A DNA stretch of 24,668 bases. Origin: a virus (Duplodnaviria; Caudoviricetes). Made by a program: the position numbers and the translations under genes. The notes under the pieces are model-generated. The model saw nothing but the letters and a program-made list of their open reading frames with translations, searched no databases and was not told where the DNA came from. Positions 23,027 through 24,668 of the stretch are shown piece by piece. The stretch's first letter is position 1, and the number at the start of each line of letters is the position of its first letter. Location of the stretch: the IMG/VR virus record IMGVR_UViG_3300012164_000006, positions 1-24,668 of that record; one strand, 5' to 3'.

Positions 23027-23800
23027 TTATTTACAGCCTGCGCCCATCAACGCTAGCGTCGTTCCACAGCCCGCCGGCGCCGCCCCTGGGTAAACCGCAA
23101 TCACCGTGGCCGACCAATCGTCACTGGCTGAAATCGTCCAGCTCGGCGCGTCCTCAGTTGCGGCATTCAGCTGGCGGTGCGCACTCGCCACCCGGCAATT
23201 GGTGCTAGTCACGCCCGAGGTGCCGCTGTTGGCCCCAATCGGGGACCCGTAATTGGTTGGGTTCGAGGCCGGCGGTGAGGTCTGTTCGCCTTCCCAGCCT
23301 CCAATCCACAACCAAAGGTAGTCCTGAGCTCCACCCGGAGGCGTAGAGTTGCCCGGATCCGGGGTAGTGCTGGTCCCAGTGTTAAAAGAATTGAAATCGG
23401 GCGCCGTCACCGTTGGATCGGTGGCGCCGGTGATGCGCCAGGTCAATGCGGCAAATTTGCCGTTGCCGCTGGAAAGCGTGATGGTGGTTCCTTCAGTCCC
23501 ATCCGCCTTGCGCCACGCCGCCGCAATCTGGTCGTCCGCGGCGTCGGTAGACACGTCGACCATCTCGGTCCAACCAGCCGGCCAGCCAATCGCGCCGCCC
23601 ACAGCGACGCGAATCAGCGCAATCAGAGTCTGGCCAGCTGAAATCGAGGTTGGCAGGTTGACCACGGGCGCCGTCGTCGCCGTAGTGCCGTTGGTGGTGT
23701 TGAAGCCGGCCACAGTGGGGAACGCAAACACACCACGGCCCAACAGCAAAACCGCCAGGCCCAACGCAAGAAAGCATTTTCTCAACTGGTCACTCGTCAC
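23027..23800 (-). CDS. Hypothetical beta-rich protein with signal peptide and C-terminal LALMGAG motif
   Basis: RKCFLALGLAVLLLGRGVFA|FP; PAGWT and AAWRKADGTEG motifs seen in phage structural hypothetical proteins. Exact start codon uncertain. Confidence 0.82.
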   Translation of the reverse strand: MTSDQLRKCFLALGLAVLLLGRGVFAFPTVAGFNTTNGTTATTAPVVNLPTSISAGQTLIALIRVAVGGAIGWPAGWTEMVDVSTDAADDQIAAAWRKADGTEGTTITLSSGNGKFAALTWRITGATDPTVTAPDFNSFNTGTSTTPDPGNSTPPGGAQDYLWLWIGGWEGEQTSPPASNPTNYGSPIGANSGTSGVTSTNCRVASAHRQLNAATEDAPSWTISASDDWSATVIAVYPGAAPAGCGTTLALMGAGCK

Positions 23801-23813
23801 TGGTCACCCGTCA
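23786..23813. repeat. Heptamer tandem repeat at a gene junction
   Basis: ctggtca ctcgtca ctggtca cccgtca. Confidence 0.85.
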
Positions 23814-24668
23814 CTAATAAATCGTGTACGCAATCCGTCCCGACAGCTGCACGGCCGCGCTGGTCACCGCGCAAACCGAATCGCCGGTGGCATTGGTGCG
23901 GTTAATCTCTCCCAGGCCGCTGCCCTGCGAAATGCCTCCATTGGCTGCAAAGTTGTAGCCGGTGGCCGCAGTCGTGCCTCCGGTCATGCCGGTCGTTCCC
24001 GTGCCACAGGTCGCGCCCGTCCCCGAGATCAAAGCCACGTTGTTCGCTCCCGCTGCTAACAGCGACATCCCGCAAATCCGCACGTGGCGCCCAGAGACGC
24101 CGGTCACCAGCAGCGTCGTCGTGGCCGTTACAATGTTCACGTTTGCAAAACTGTCGCAGACCGTGAGCCCGGTCAGAAACCCTCCGGTAGCGCCACTCGC
24201 CAGTCCAGCCACAAACACCGCTTCGCCAGGCGGCGCGGCTGCTGTGGCGCCGATCGGGTCATTATCCGTGTCCGGGGTCACGCTAATCGAGTTCGCGGCG
24301 GTCTGCTGGCCTTCGTTGGGAAGGTTCGTCAGGTTCGTTACCGTGGTCACGCCAGCCAGAATCCCGGTCGAGTCACTGGCCATCGTGACGCGCTGCACGC
24401 CCGTGCCTGAAACGCCATTTCCCATCGTCACGGCAACACCGTTCATCTGCGCTACGTTGACCGGTTCGTTGTCCGGGAAACTGCCCACGTTCACACTGAA
24501 GGCGGTATTGTCGGACGCAATCGTGACGCGAGGCGTCCCGGTTCCGGCAATTCCGTTCCCAGTGGAAAGCGTGGTGCCAGCGACCTGCTGCAAATTGAAG
24601 GGTTCGTTATCGGGAAACGTCCCCACCGTCACGGTGCCGGACACCGTCACGGTGCCAGAGACCGGCTG
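23814..24668 (-). CDS. Repeat-containing putative virion structural protein, 5'-truncated by the window
   Basis: Frame is open to the window edge (QPVSGTVTVSGTVTV). Two FPDNEP..GNG..GTG..RVT.ASD repeats and a Cys-containing C-terminal beta domain. Confidence 0.85.
   Translation of the reverse strand, partial: QPVSGTVTVSGTVTVGTFPDNEPFNLQQVAGTTLSTGNGIAGTGTPRVTIASDNTAFSVNVGSFPDNEPVNVAQMNGVAVTMGNGVSGTGVQRVTMASDSTGILAGVTTVTNLTNLPNEGQQTAANSISVTPDTDNDPIGATAAAPPGEAVFVAGLASGATGGFLTGLTVCDSFANVNIVTATTTLLVTGVSGRHVRICGMSLLAAGANNVALISGTGATCGTGTTGMTGGTTAATGYNFAANGGISQGSGLGEINRTNATGDSVCAVTSAAVQLSGRIAYTIY

Larger units (their letters stand above)
1..24668 (-). mobile_element. P22-like (podovirus-type) phage/prophage late operon; ends lie outside the window
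   Basis: Co-oriented, tightly packed genes in the order scaffold, P22-type coat, gp4-like, gp10-like, ejection proteins, lysis. No integrase, att site, terminase or portal is in the window, so prophage versus free phage cannot be decided. Confidence 0.93.

Overview
The whole window is the late (virion assembly, DNA ejection and lysis) operon of a GC-rich P22-like podophage or prophage, all on the minus strand with many ATGA/GTGA gene overlaps. In transcription order it holds a partial repeat-rich structural gene, a signal-peptide protein, scaffolding protein, P22-type major coat protein, four more signal-peptide proteins (including a beta-helix/Gly-rich mosaic and a 738-aa repeat protein), a 72-aa ORF, a gp4-like adaptor, a gp10-like tail hub with a large Asp-box propeller insertion, a small beta protein, a LamG protein, three ejection-type proteins, a 1691-aa LPD38 protein, a holin candidate, a T4-type lysozyme, a hypothetical protein and an Acb2/Tad1-like small protein. 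The most unusual signals are five predicted Sec-exported proteins embedded among the head genes, a 40-nt repeat that puts the same 13-aa peptide into two unrelated ejection proteins, a structured RNA plus terminator between scaffold and coat, and heptamer repeats at three gene junctions. All family assignments come from motifs recognised by eye; no database search was run.
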